DNA of 64,000 bases. Origin: Meiothermus sp. GTDB lineage: Bacteria; Deinococcota; Deinococci; Deinococcales; Thermaceae. The position numbers and the translations under genes are program-made. Shown here piece after piece: positions 19,223 through 27,313 of the stretch (position 1 is the first letter of the stretch; the number at the start of each line of letters is the position of its first letter). Under the pieces are notes generated by a model. That model was given only the letters and a program-made list of their open reading frames with translations, was not told where the DNA came from and searched no databases. Where the stretch lies: the NCBI GenBank assembly GCA_033762915.1, contig JANRLD010000071.1:10372-74371 (forward strand). Direction: 5' to 3'.

Positions 19223-21022
19223 CTATCTGCTCGTTTCGGGGTTCCAGTAGCGGGTGATGGCGGGGCTCAGCAGGATGGTGTTGAGCGGACGGACGTAGCC
19301 GGTGCTCTGGGCGATCAGTGGGCTGCCGGTGCGCAACTGCAGGGCGATGCCGATGAGGTTCCCGGCCTCGTCCAAGACCGGCCCGCCGGAGTTTCCGGGG
19401 CGGATGGGAGTGTCGGTGGTGAACCAGTCGCGCTCGGAGTCGATACCGTCGCCGCGGTCGATGTCGGTGCCGGTCACTTCGTCCTGCGAGCGCTTCATCA
19501 GGCTGGTGCCCTCAGGAAAGCCCAGGACGCTGACCGGGCTGCCGCCCGCTAGACGGTCGGAGTTGCCGACCTCAACCGCAGTGAAACGGGTGTCTTCTCG
19601 GGTGAGGGGACGGGTGGCGGGGAGCTGGCCCTCGGCCACCCCGGTGATCACCTCGGAGATGCGGATCAGCGCGACGTCCATGCTCTCGAGGTTGTTGAGG
19701 AACTGGTCGTTGGCGGGAGAGAAGATACCAGCACCCTGGGCGCAGAAGCGGTCGAGGTTGATCGACTCGTAGCCCACCAGTTCGGCCATGTATAGGCGGT
19801 TGGGCACCTGGGCGGGGTCGTCGGAGTTGAACTTAACCACCAGGCTATTGCGAATCGGGAAGAACTGGCTGGCGGTGGTGCGCCAGCGCTCCTGGTAGCG
19901 CCTCGAGCAGTCGATAAGGAGTCGGGCATACACCTGCGAACTGATGACGTGCCAGGCGGTGAGGACGTAGCGCTTCTGCGCGTCCACGAAAACGCCGCTG
20001 CCGGTGCTGCTGACCAACCCGCGAATCTTGCGGGTGGTGGGTTCCACATCGAGGCCGCTCGAGGTGATCAGAACGGTGGCCTTGCGGGCGCGCTCGAGCA
20101 CGTCCCCGGCGGGCCTGGCGTCGACCGGCTCAGTGGCAACCGGGGTGACGGTGGTCTCGGCAGCGACCTGAGCGCTCTGGACTACCGGCTCGCTGCCCCC
20201 CATGGCCTCGCCGCCGCCCCGGCCCATCAGTGACCAGCCCAGGCCCGCCAGTGCCAGCAACCCCACAGCCGCCGTCGCTCCCCAGACCGGATTGAACCCC
20301 TGGCGCACCGGCTGCCGGGTGAACTGCTGCCCCGCCACCCGCAGCCTCAGCTTGGTGTCGCCGATCAAGAGACTGTCGCCATGCTGCAGCTTGGTCGGAC
20401 CGTTAATGCGCTTGCCGTTGACCCAGGTGCCGTTGGAAGAACCGGCATCGTTGATGTAGACGGCGTCGCCCCTGATCTCGAGTCTGCTGTGGGTCTCGGA
20501 GACCTTGCTGTCCCCGGTGATTTGCAAGCCGTTGTAGGGCTTTCGGCCCACTGTGAGGGTACCGTCGAGGGGATGTTCACTTCCATCGGCCCGCACCAGG
20601 GCGAAGGGTGTAGGGGTAGAGCGCAGCACGGTGTGTTCGGCGGGGGGGAGGGGAACCGGGGTAGCGGGGGTGGACGAAGCTTCGGCACTTTCGGGCATCC
20701 GAACGGTAGGGTCGATGGGTTCGGGCATGATCTGGGTCTTCATTGCGCCCCAGAAGGTAAGGTCGTAGCTGCCGAGGCGGACCTGGTCACCGTGCTTGAG
20801 CGGCTGGGGTTGGCCGGGGGTTAGCCGGATTCCATTGACCCAGGTTCCGTTGGTGCTCTCGAGATCGAGCAGCAGCACCGACTCCCCATTCACGATCAAG
20901 CGGGCGTGCTTGGCCCCCACGGTTGGTTCTTGTATTCGAACACCATTGTCGGGGGCCCGCCCGATCTCGGTGGTTTGGTCGAAATCCCAGCTGACTCCGG
21001 CTTTGTTCTGTAGGCTTAACAT
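19223..21022 (-). CDS. Double FHA domain, transmembrane, trypsin-like (S1) serine protease
   Basis: Two FHA domains (GR...H...NGTWVNG...L.HGD); TM helix; protease motifs LTAWHV, DVALI and GNSGGP. Confidence 0.9.
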   Translation of the reverse strand: MLSLQNKAGVSWDFDQTTEIGRAPDNGVRIQEPTVGAKHARLIVNGESVLLLDLESTNGTWVNGIRLTPGQPQPLKHGDQVRLGSYDLTFWGAMKTQIMPEPIDPTVRMPESAEASSTPATPVPLPPAEHTVLRSTPTPFALVRADGSEHPLDGTLTVGRKPYNGLQITGDSKVSETHSRLEIRGDAVYINDAGSSNGTWVNGKRINGPTKLQHGDSLLIGDTKLRLRVAGQQFTRQPVRQGFNPVWGATAAVGLLALAGLGWSLMGRGGGEAMGGSEPVVQSAQVAAETTVTPVATEPVDARPAGDVLERARKATVLITSSGLDVEPTTRKIRGLVSSTGSGVFVDAQKRYVLTAWHVISSQVYARLLIDCSRRYQERWRTTASQFFPIRNSLVVKFNSDDPAQVPNRLYMAELVGYESINLDRFCAQGAGIFSPANDQFLNNLESMDVALIRISEVITGVAEGQLPATRPLTREDTRFTAVEVGNSDRLAGGSPVSVLGFPEGTSLMKRSQDEVTGTDIDRGDGIDSERDWFTTDTPIRPGNSGGPVLDEAGNLIGIALQLRTGSPLIAQSTGYVRPLNTILLSPAITRYWNPETSR

Positions 21023-21071
21023 AAACTCCTCCTCTGCCCTGTTTGGATTGGTTTCCCTGCGTGCGGTGGGC

Positions 21072-22874
21072 TCATCGGCAAAACATCGAACCGGCCTTTA
21101 CATCACAGCCGCCTTGTGAACCGCTGGATGACGGCTTGGCTGGGCGGCGCTGCTGGACGGCGGGCGGTGGCCTGGGGGCGGTTTTCGGCAGCGGCTGTAG
21201 GGAAAACTCGAGCCGACCCTCCCGCTCAAAGCTCACCCGCCGCCGAAGCGTTCGGTGGGCGGCGGCCCGAACCTCCAACTCGCCTCTGGTTCCGTAAGGC
21301 TGCTGGACTTCCAGCACGTAGCGCCCGCCGGACCGCACGGCCCGGCCGTCGGCGAGTTGACGGTTCAGCCAGAGGGTGGCGTCTGGCCGGTTGGTGAAGA
21401 TCTGAACGCGTACGGGCTGGCGCTCGAGCAACACCAGTAGGTTGCGGTCTTGGCCCAGTCCGACCTGACCGCCGTAGGGGCGGAAGCCCTCGGCCCTGAT
21501 CTCGAGGCGCTCGGCCTCTTCGGACTGGGCCACTACCACTTCAAAGTGGTAACGCGCTCCAACCTTCATCGGGCGATTCAAGGCCAGCCTCCGACCGCCG
21601 AGCAACGCTTGGATCTGGGGGGTGTTGGTCTCGAGGCGCAGCCGAACCTGGGTGATAGCAGCCGAGGTCGGGGCGGCACTGCGTGGGGAGGACAGCTCAA
21701 ATTCGCCGCCAACTCGACTGGCCGGAGTGGGTGCCGGATTAGCCCGGTTGGGAGCGATTGGTTGGGTCTGGGCAGTAGGCTGGGCCTGGAAAGGTGGTGT
21801 AAGCGCAGGATTCTGTGTCGGCCCCCGGCCCAGCACCGACCAAGAGGCAAGCCCCGTTGCTGCCACTGCCGCTAGCCCCAGCCAGGGAACCGTACGCTTC
21901 CACCAAGTTGCGGGTTGTGCTGGGGCGTACCACTCTCCGTCATCCAAAGCCTGGGCAGGCCGTCCGAGGACCGTAGAGTCGAGGTTCCCCTCGAGCGCCA
22001 ACTCTTCGCCAACCGCGGCCAGACTGCGGATGGCTTCGAGCATTTCGCTCGCGCTTTGGGGGCGCTCGCCGACCTTAAGCGCCAGGCCGGCCTCGAGCAG
22101 CCGTGCAAACCCCTCCGAGACCGCAGGGTTGAGCTGCCGGACACTGGGCAAGGGTGTGCCGTTTAGCCGCTGGGTGGCCGGGACGGGGGTCGAGAGCGTC
22201 AGGCACCGGTAGGCAGTGGCGCAAAGCCCGAATAGGTCGGTGGCGGGGGTCAGCTTTGCCCCGCCCAGCTGCTCAAGTGGCGCGTAGGTGGGGGTGTACA
22301 CCACGGTGTGTCGGGCCTGATCAGAGGCCAGCTCGAGGGCCGCACCGAAGTCGATTAGTACTGGCCCTTTGGCCGTGAGCATCACGTTGTCCGGCTTAAG
22401 GTCGCGGTGCAGCAGGTTCGCGGCGTGGATTTCGGCCAGGGCGCCAAGGAGCGGCACCATCCACCCGCGCACTTCGGGCTCTGCCATGCGGCCACGGGCG
22501 CGGAGGGCGGCCTCGAGGGTTTGGCCCTCCAGGTACTCCATGACCAGATAGACGGTGCCATTGGCCTCAAACAGGCTCCGCACCTGCACGATTGCGGGGT
22601 GGCGCAAACGGCTGAGGGTCTGAGCCTCGAGCCGGAATCGCTCACGCAGCTTGGCGAAGTCGGCCACACCCTCGGGACCGACCACCAGGTGTCCGTCGGC
22701 GGAGCGGGTGGTCCCGCTGGCCACAAACAACTCCTTGACCGCCACCCCCACCCCGACGTTTAGGTCTTGGGCCAGGTAGGTGATGCCGAAACCGCCCCGG
22801 CCCAGCACCGTTTCGACGCGGTACTGCCCGTGGTTGAGGAGGGTTCCGGGTCGGAGCGCAGGGGCGTTGGACAT
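21072..22874 (-). CDS. Membrane Hanks-type Ser/Thr protein kinase with extracytoplasmic PEGA-like repeats
   Basis: LGRGGFG, VAVKE, HRDLKPDN, DFG and YAPLEQ; TM helix; two beta-rich repeats (VQIFTNRPDATLWLN). Confidence 0.92.
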   Translation of the reverse strand: MSNAPALRPGTLLNHGQYRVETVLGRGGFGITYLAQDLNVGVGVAVKELFVASGTTRSADGHLVVGPEGVADFAKLRERFRLEAQTLSRLRHPAIVQVRSLFEANGTVYLVMEYLEGQTLEAALRARGRMAEPEVRGWMVPLLGALAEIHAANLLHRDLKPDNVMLTAKGPVLIDFGAALELASDQARHTVVYTPTYAPLEQLGGAKLTPATDLFGLCATAYRCLTLSTPVPATQRLNGTPLPSVRQLNPAVSEGFARLLEAGLALKVGERPQSASEMLEAIRSLAAVGEELALEGNLDSTVLGRPAQALDDGEWYAPAQPATWWKRTVPWLGLAAVAATGLASWSVLGRGPTQNPALTPPFQAQPTAQTQPIAPNRANPAPTPASRVGGEFELSSPRSAAPTSAAITQVRLRLETNTPQIQALLGGRRLALNRPMKVGARYHFEVVVAQSEEAERLEIRAEGFRPYGGQVGLGQDRNLLVLLERQPVRVQIFTNRPDATLWLNRQLADGRAVRSGGRYVLEVQQPYGTRGELEVRAAAHRTLRRRVSFEREGRLEFSLQPLPKTAPRPPPAVQQRRPAKPSSSGSQGGCDVKAGSMFCR

Positions 22875-22883
22875 GACCTCTCC

Positions 22884-23465
22884 TTAGCCGTTGAGTTGAC
22901 GGAAGCGACGCGAGAGCTCCCCGAAGGTCCGGTTGGCCGCGTCGGGGCCGCCCAGGCCGCAGTTCGAGAGTCCCACCGCCACCACCACTTGCTGGGCTTG
23001 GCGCAGCGGGGTGAAGGCCCAGGTCATGACGCAGTCGGGGCCGGAATTGGCGCGGGGGGCGGAGCGTACCACCACCGTGAGGGCCGACGCCGCGCGGACG
23101 GCGGTGCCGAACCGGTAGCCCTCGGGCACAAAGTTATCTGCGGCCCGCTCGACCACCTCCATGGCCTCGCCCGCAGTGGCTAGATAGGTGGCACTGAGGG
23201 TAGAGGGGGTGCTGGGCACGCAGGCCGCAAGGGCCAGCGCCAGCAGTCCAAGGGCGGCCCTAGCGGCGGGGCTCGAGGCGGACCTGTTCCATCCAGGCCA
23301 GTGCGGACTCGAGGCTGTCGGTCTCGACTTCGCGCCCGGTCTGGATGTGGCGCACCTCGTAGCGCAGGCCGCCTCTGGGCAGCGTCCGGCACCGAACCAT
23401 AAAGGAGGTCTGCTGCTTGGGCTGGGACTTGGTTTTTTCCATCGCACGCTCCTCGGCGGGTTCAT
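22884..23465 (-). CDS. Hypothetical lipoprotein; start uncertain, frame overlaps the small ORF
   Basis: LALALAAC lipobox with Cys codon at 23220-23222; stop 9 nt before the kinase ATG; no nearby in-frame ATG/GTG/TTG upstream of the lipobox. Confidence 0.55.
   Translation of the reverse strand: MNPPRSVRWKKPSPSPSSRPPLWFGAGRCPEAACATRCATSRPGAKSRPTASSPHWPGWNRSASSPAARAALGLLALALAACVPSTPSTLSATYLATAGEAMEVVERAADNFVPEGYRFGTAVRAASALTVVVRSAPRANSGPDCVMTWAFTPLRQAQQVVVAVGLSNCGLGGPDAANRTFGELSRRFRQLNG
23260..23442 (-). CDS. Small hypothetical protein (60 aa)
   Basis: GAGGAG SD 6 nt before ATG; SFMVR...EVRHIQTGRE...SLESALAWM pattern. Confidence 0.7.
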   Translation of the reverse strand: MEKTKSQPKQQTSFMVRCRTLPRGGLRYEVRHIQTGREVETDSLESALAWMEQVRLEPRR

Positions 23466-23472
23466 GGGGCCT

Positions 23473-23514
23473 ATCATGCCGGGGGGCGCTTAGATGTCAC
23501 TTACGCGCCCTTAT
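23473..23514 (-). promoter_or_regulatory. Putative SARP-type operator: three heptamer direct repeats plus -10 box
   Basis: Minus strand aTAAGgg-3-gTAAGtg-4-cTAAGcg-8-CATGAT. Confidence 0.5.
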
Positions 23515-23535
23515 GTACCAGATAAGATGACGTAT

Positions 23536-26500
23536 ATGGTGCGGGATTCAGCCCTTCGCGTGCGGCTTTTTGGCGGCTTCCAGGTTGCCGCAGGCGCGGT
23601 GACGCTGCCCGGCGAAGTCTGGCGCAAAAAGGCTGCCGACGTTATAAAGCTGCTGGCCCTACAGCCGGAGGGCCGGCTGCGCCGCGAGCAGGTTTTGGAA
23701 GCCCTCTGGCCTGGGTCGGGGGAAAAGCCGGGCTTGAACAGCCTGTACCAGATCCTGCACCATGCCCGTCGCCTGCTCGAGCCAGCTCTCCCAAAGGGCT
23801 CTAGACCCCGCTATCTGTTATTTGAGCAGGACAGTCTGGTGCTGAGCCCGTATGGCGGACTCGAGGTGGACTACCACAACTTCAGACGCCTATTGACCCA
23901 GGCCCGGCGCACACCCGACATCGCTACCTATGAGGTTGCCGTCGCGCTGTACGCCGGAGACCTGCTGCCCGACGACCTCTACGAGGATTGGACCGAGCCT
24001 CACCGCGACGAAGCCAGGTCGCTCTACCTCGAGGCCCTGCTGGAACTCGCTGAGTTGCTCGAGCACGGCGGAAATCTCCCTCGGGCCTACCACTTCCTCG
24101 AGCTGGCCATTGCCCGGGAGCGCACCTTGGAGGCCGCCCACCTCGCCCTGATGCGCCTCCACGCCAGAAGTGGCCGCCGCATGGAGGCGGTGCGGCAGTA
24201 CCAGACCCTGCGCGAGGCGCTGGTGCAAGAACTCGGCGTTGAACCCGACGATGCCACGCGAGCACTCTACGACCAGGTACTACAAAAACTCCCCGATCTG
24301 CCCGACCTTCCCAAGCGTGAGGCCGCCGCCCCGGCCCCCCTGGTGGGCTGGGTACCCGCCGCCCTGACCCCCCTGATTGGGCGCGAGGGTCAGCTCGAAG
24401 AAGCCCTGCAGCTGCTCTCTGCCGCCCGAAGCCTGACGCTGACCGGGGCGGGCGGTTCGGGGAAAACCCGTCTAGCCCTGGAAGTCGCCTCGAGGCTACA
24501 CGCCGAAGCCAGTTTCGAGGGTGGTGTCTGGTGGGTTGAGCTGGTTACGCTCTCTGACCCCAGGATGGTGCCGGCCACAGTGGCCCAGGCCCTAGGGATT
24601 GCAGACTCCGGAAAGCCCCCGCTCCAGGCCGTCGCGGAGATGCTCGGGGGGCGCCGGGCTTTGCTAGTGCTGGACAACTGCGAGCACCTCATTGAGGCCT
24701 GCGCCGAGGTCGCGGTTCAGTTGTTGCGGGCTCTACCGGGGCTTCAACTGCTTTCCACCTCCCGCGAGGCCCTGGCCATCGCGGGCGAGATCGCCTGGGT
24801 GGTTCCCCCCCTCGAGGTGCCTTCCGCCGAGTCCGCCAGGTTCCCCGAGGGGCTCAGCCGCTTGGAGTCGGTGCGGCTGCTGGTCGAGCGCATCCGGCAA
24901 CGAGACCCCAGATTCGCACTGACCGAGCAGAATGCCGAGAGCGTGGTCCAGATTTGCCGCCGCCTCGAGGGACTGCCGCTGGCCCTAGAGCTGGCCGCAG
25001 CGCGGGTGGGGCTGCTGACCCTGGAACAGATTGCCGCCCGTCTGGACAACAGCTTGCGTCTCCTGACGCGGGGGCAGCGGGGCGGGCTGCGCCACCATCA
25101 GACCCTCGAGGCCGCTCTCCAGTGGAGCTTCGCCCTGCTGGGCGAAGCCGAACGCAACCTGTTTGTCAGGCTGGCGGTGTTCGTGGGCGGTTGGACACCA
25201 GAGGCGGCGGAAGCGGTCGGGGGCGGCGCCGACCCCGATCAACTTCCGGAGCTGCTGGCCCGGCTGGAGCAGGTATCGATGGTTCTTCTTTCGGAGAACG
25301 ACGGCCGGGTGCGCTTTCGTATGCTCGAGCCGGTGCGCCAGTTTGGGGCGGCCAAGCTCGAGGAGGCAGCGCTGCTGGAAGAGGTGCGGCGGGGTCTTAT
25401 CGGATGGTACGCCCGCCAAACCGACGAGATTGTGCCCAGGCTGTCTGGGCCGGACCAGGCCGCATGGTACCGGCATCTTTCTGCTGAGTACGAGAACTTG
25501 CGGGCGGTACTGGCCTGGGGTAAGGCGCTCGACCTTGAGCGCAGCCTGCACATCGCCGCCCGGCTCTGGCGCTTCTTCCAGGTCAAGGGCCATGCCCAGG
25601 AGATGCTGGAGTGGTTCGAGGAGGCCCTGCCGCTCTCCGGCGGCGTTTCGGTGGCGGTTCGGGCCGATGCGCTCAACTCGGCGGGCATCATGGCTCGCAC
25701 CTGCGGCCTCTACAGCCGCTCGAGCGAACTGTACCAGTCTGCGCTGGCCCTACGCCGCGAACTCGGTGACCAGCGGGGCGAGGCGGTGGTGCTTAACAAC
25801 TTGGGGGTCAACGCCCGCGACCAGGCCGACTACCCCACCGTCGAGCGATATAGCCGCGAGTGTCTGCACATCGCCCGCGAGGTCGGGGATCGGCAGCTCG
25901 AGGCCCTTAGCCTCAAGAGTCTGGGAATAGTGCTGCGCGGCCGGGGCGACCTCGAGGCGGCGGAGGCCCACCTCCGCGACAGCCTCGCAATCTTCGCCAA
26001 GCTGGGCGAGAAGCGGGTCCTGGCCGACATCTACAACCACCTGGGTGGGCTGGCAATGTCCGGGGAGAGGTGGGCCGAGGCCGGGCGGCTTTACCGGCAG
26101 TGCCTCGAGCTTAATCGTGAAGTCGAAGACTTCTGGGGAATTGGGATCGCCGCACGCAACCTGGCTGCCCTGAACCTCGAGCAAGGCGACCCGGCCGCTG
26201 CCGGGATGATGCTTGGCGAAGGCCTTGCCCATTACCGGCGCGCCGGAGTTCGGCACGGTCTGGAGGAGTGTTTCGAGACCCTGGCCGGCCTGGCTTGGCG
26301 GCAGGGCAATCCCGAACTGGCTGCCTGGGCCTGGGGGGTGGTGGAACAGCTCGAGGCCGAGATAGGAAAAGTGGGGAGTTCGGGCGACCGCGCAAGGCGC
26401 GACCACCAGTACCGGGAGCTGACCGCCGCTATAGGCGAGGCCGAGTTCGCACGCCTGCGGCAGGCCGGACAACACGAGCGACTCGAGGACGCATTCAACA

Positions 26501-26547
26501 AGGCGCTGGGCGGCATTTCCGCACCTGCAAGCAGCGTCAAGCGGTAG
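23536..26547 (+). CDS. AfsR/SARP-like regulator: wHTH, BTAD, STAND (NB-ARC-like) NTPase and TPR repeats
   Basis: LRVRLFGGF, LYAGDLL...W (BTAD), ELGVEPD, Walker A GAGGSGKT, Walker B LLVLDNCEH, GLPLALELAA, C-terminal TPRs; start at ATG 23536 (TAAGAT 7 nt upstream). Confidence 0.92.
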   Translation: MVRDSALRVRLFGGFQVAAGAVTLPGEVWRKKAADVIKLLALQPEGRLRREQVLEALWPGSGEKPGLNSLYQILHHARRLLEPALPKGSRPRYLLFEQDSLVLSPYGGLEVDYHNFRRLLTQARRTPDIATYEVAVALYAGDLLPDDLYEDWTEPHRDEARSLYLEALLELAELLEHGGNLPRAYHFLELAIARERTLEAAHLALMRLHARSGRRMEAVRQYQTLREALVQELGVEPDDATRALYDQVLQKLPDLPDLPKREAAAPAPLVGWVPAALTPLIGREGQLEEALQLLSAARSLTLTGAGGSGKTRLALEVASRLHAEASFEGGVWWVELVTLSDPRMVPATVAQALGIADSGKPPLQAVAEMLGGRRALLVLDNCEHLIEACAEVAVQLLRALPGLQLLSTSREALAIAGEIAWVVPPLEVPSAESARFPEGLSRLESVRLLVERIRQRDPRFALTEQNAESVVQICRRLEGLPLALELAAARVGLLTLEQIAARLDNSLRLLTRGQRGGLRHHQTLEAALQWSFALLGEAERNLFVRLAVFVGGWTPEAAEAVGGGADPDQLPELLARLEQVSMVLLSENDGRVRFRMLEPVRQFGAAKLEEAALLEEVRRGLIGWYARQTDEIVPRLSGPDQAAWYRHLSAEYENLRAVLAWGKALDLERSLHIAARLWRFFQVKGHAQEMLEWFEEALPLSGGVSVAVRADALNSAGIMARTCGLYSRSSELYQSALALRRELGDQRGEAVVLNNLGVNARDQADYPTVERYSRECLHIAREVGDRQLEALSLKSLGIVLRGRGDLEAAEAHLRDSLAIFAKLGEKRVLADIYNHLGGLAMSGERWAEAGRLYRQCLELNREVEDFWGIGIAARNLAALNLEQGDPAAAGMMLGEGLAHYRRAGVRHGLEECFETLAGLAWRQGNPELAAWAWGVVEQLEAEIGKVGSSGDRARRDHQYRELTAAIGEAEFARLRQAGQHERLEDAFNKALGGISAPASSVKR

Positions 26548-26565
26548 GGGAACCGAAGGTCAGCA

Positions 26566-27114
26566 TTAAATCTTGGGGAGAGTGATTCCCCGCTGGCCCT
26601 GATACTTGCCCTTGCGGTCGCCGTAGGTGACTTCGGGGCGTTCGCCCTCGAAAAAGACCAACTGAACCACGCCCTCGCCTGCGTACATTTTGGCCGGTAG
26701 GGGAGTGGTGTTGGAGAACTCGAGGGTGATGTGCCCCTCCCAGCCGGGTTCGATGGGGGTGACGTTGGCCACAATGCCGCACCGCGCATAGGTGGACTTA
26801 CCCACTGCGATGGCCAAAACCGTGTCCGGCATGCGGACGTACTCGAGCGATCTGGCCAGCGCGAAGGAGTTGGGCGGGATGATCACCTCGTTTCCCTCGT
26901 ACTCCACGAAACTCTTGGGGTCAAAGTTCTTGGGGTCCACGACGGTGTTGAAGACGTTGGTGAAGATCTTCCATTCGGCGGCCGCCCGCAGGTCGTAGCC
27001 GAAGCTGGTCAGGCCGTAGCTGATGACCCCGCTGCGCACCAAATTCTCCTCGAAAGGGTCGATCATGCCCTTTTTGGCCTGCTCTCTGATCCACCAGTCG
27101 GGTTTAATACTCAT
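26566..27114 (-). CDS. dcd: dCTP deaminase
   Basis: [35 protein letters not shown] and KYQGQRG motifs. Confidence 0.95.
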   Translation of the reverse strand: MSIKPDWWIREQAKKGMIDPFEENLVRSGVISYGLTSFGYDLRAAAEWKIFTNVFNTVVDPKNFDPKSFVEYEGNEVIIPPNSFALARSLEYVRMPDTVLAIAVGKSTYARCGIVANVTPIEPGWEGHITLEFSNTTPLPAKMYAGEGVVQLVFFEGERPEVTYGDRKGKYQGQRGITLPKI

Positions 27115-27313
27115 GGGCGTTACTATACCCAGCGGAGGGAGATCGGGGAACACACGGCCCCATACCTCGTGCGACTCCGACGCCGGGGCTTAATCAACCT
27201 CAAGGTTCCGAAGCTGTCCCTGACGACGTTAACTGCGTCGTTATCTTGCGTGAATGACCCTGGAGGGCCGTCTTTTCACAACGGCCCTTCATTTTGGCCC
27301 CTAAACTAGCCCT

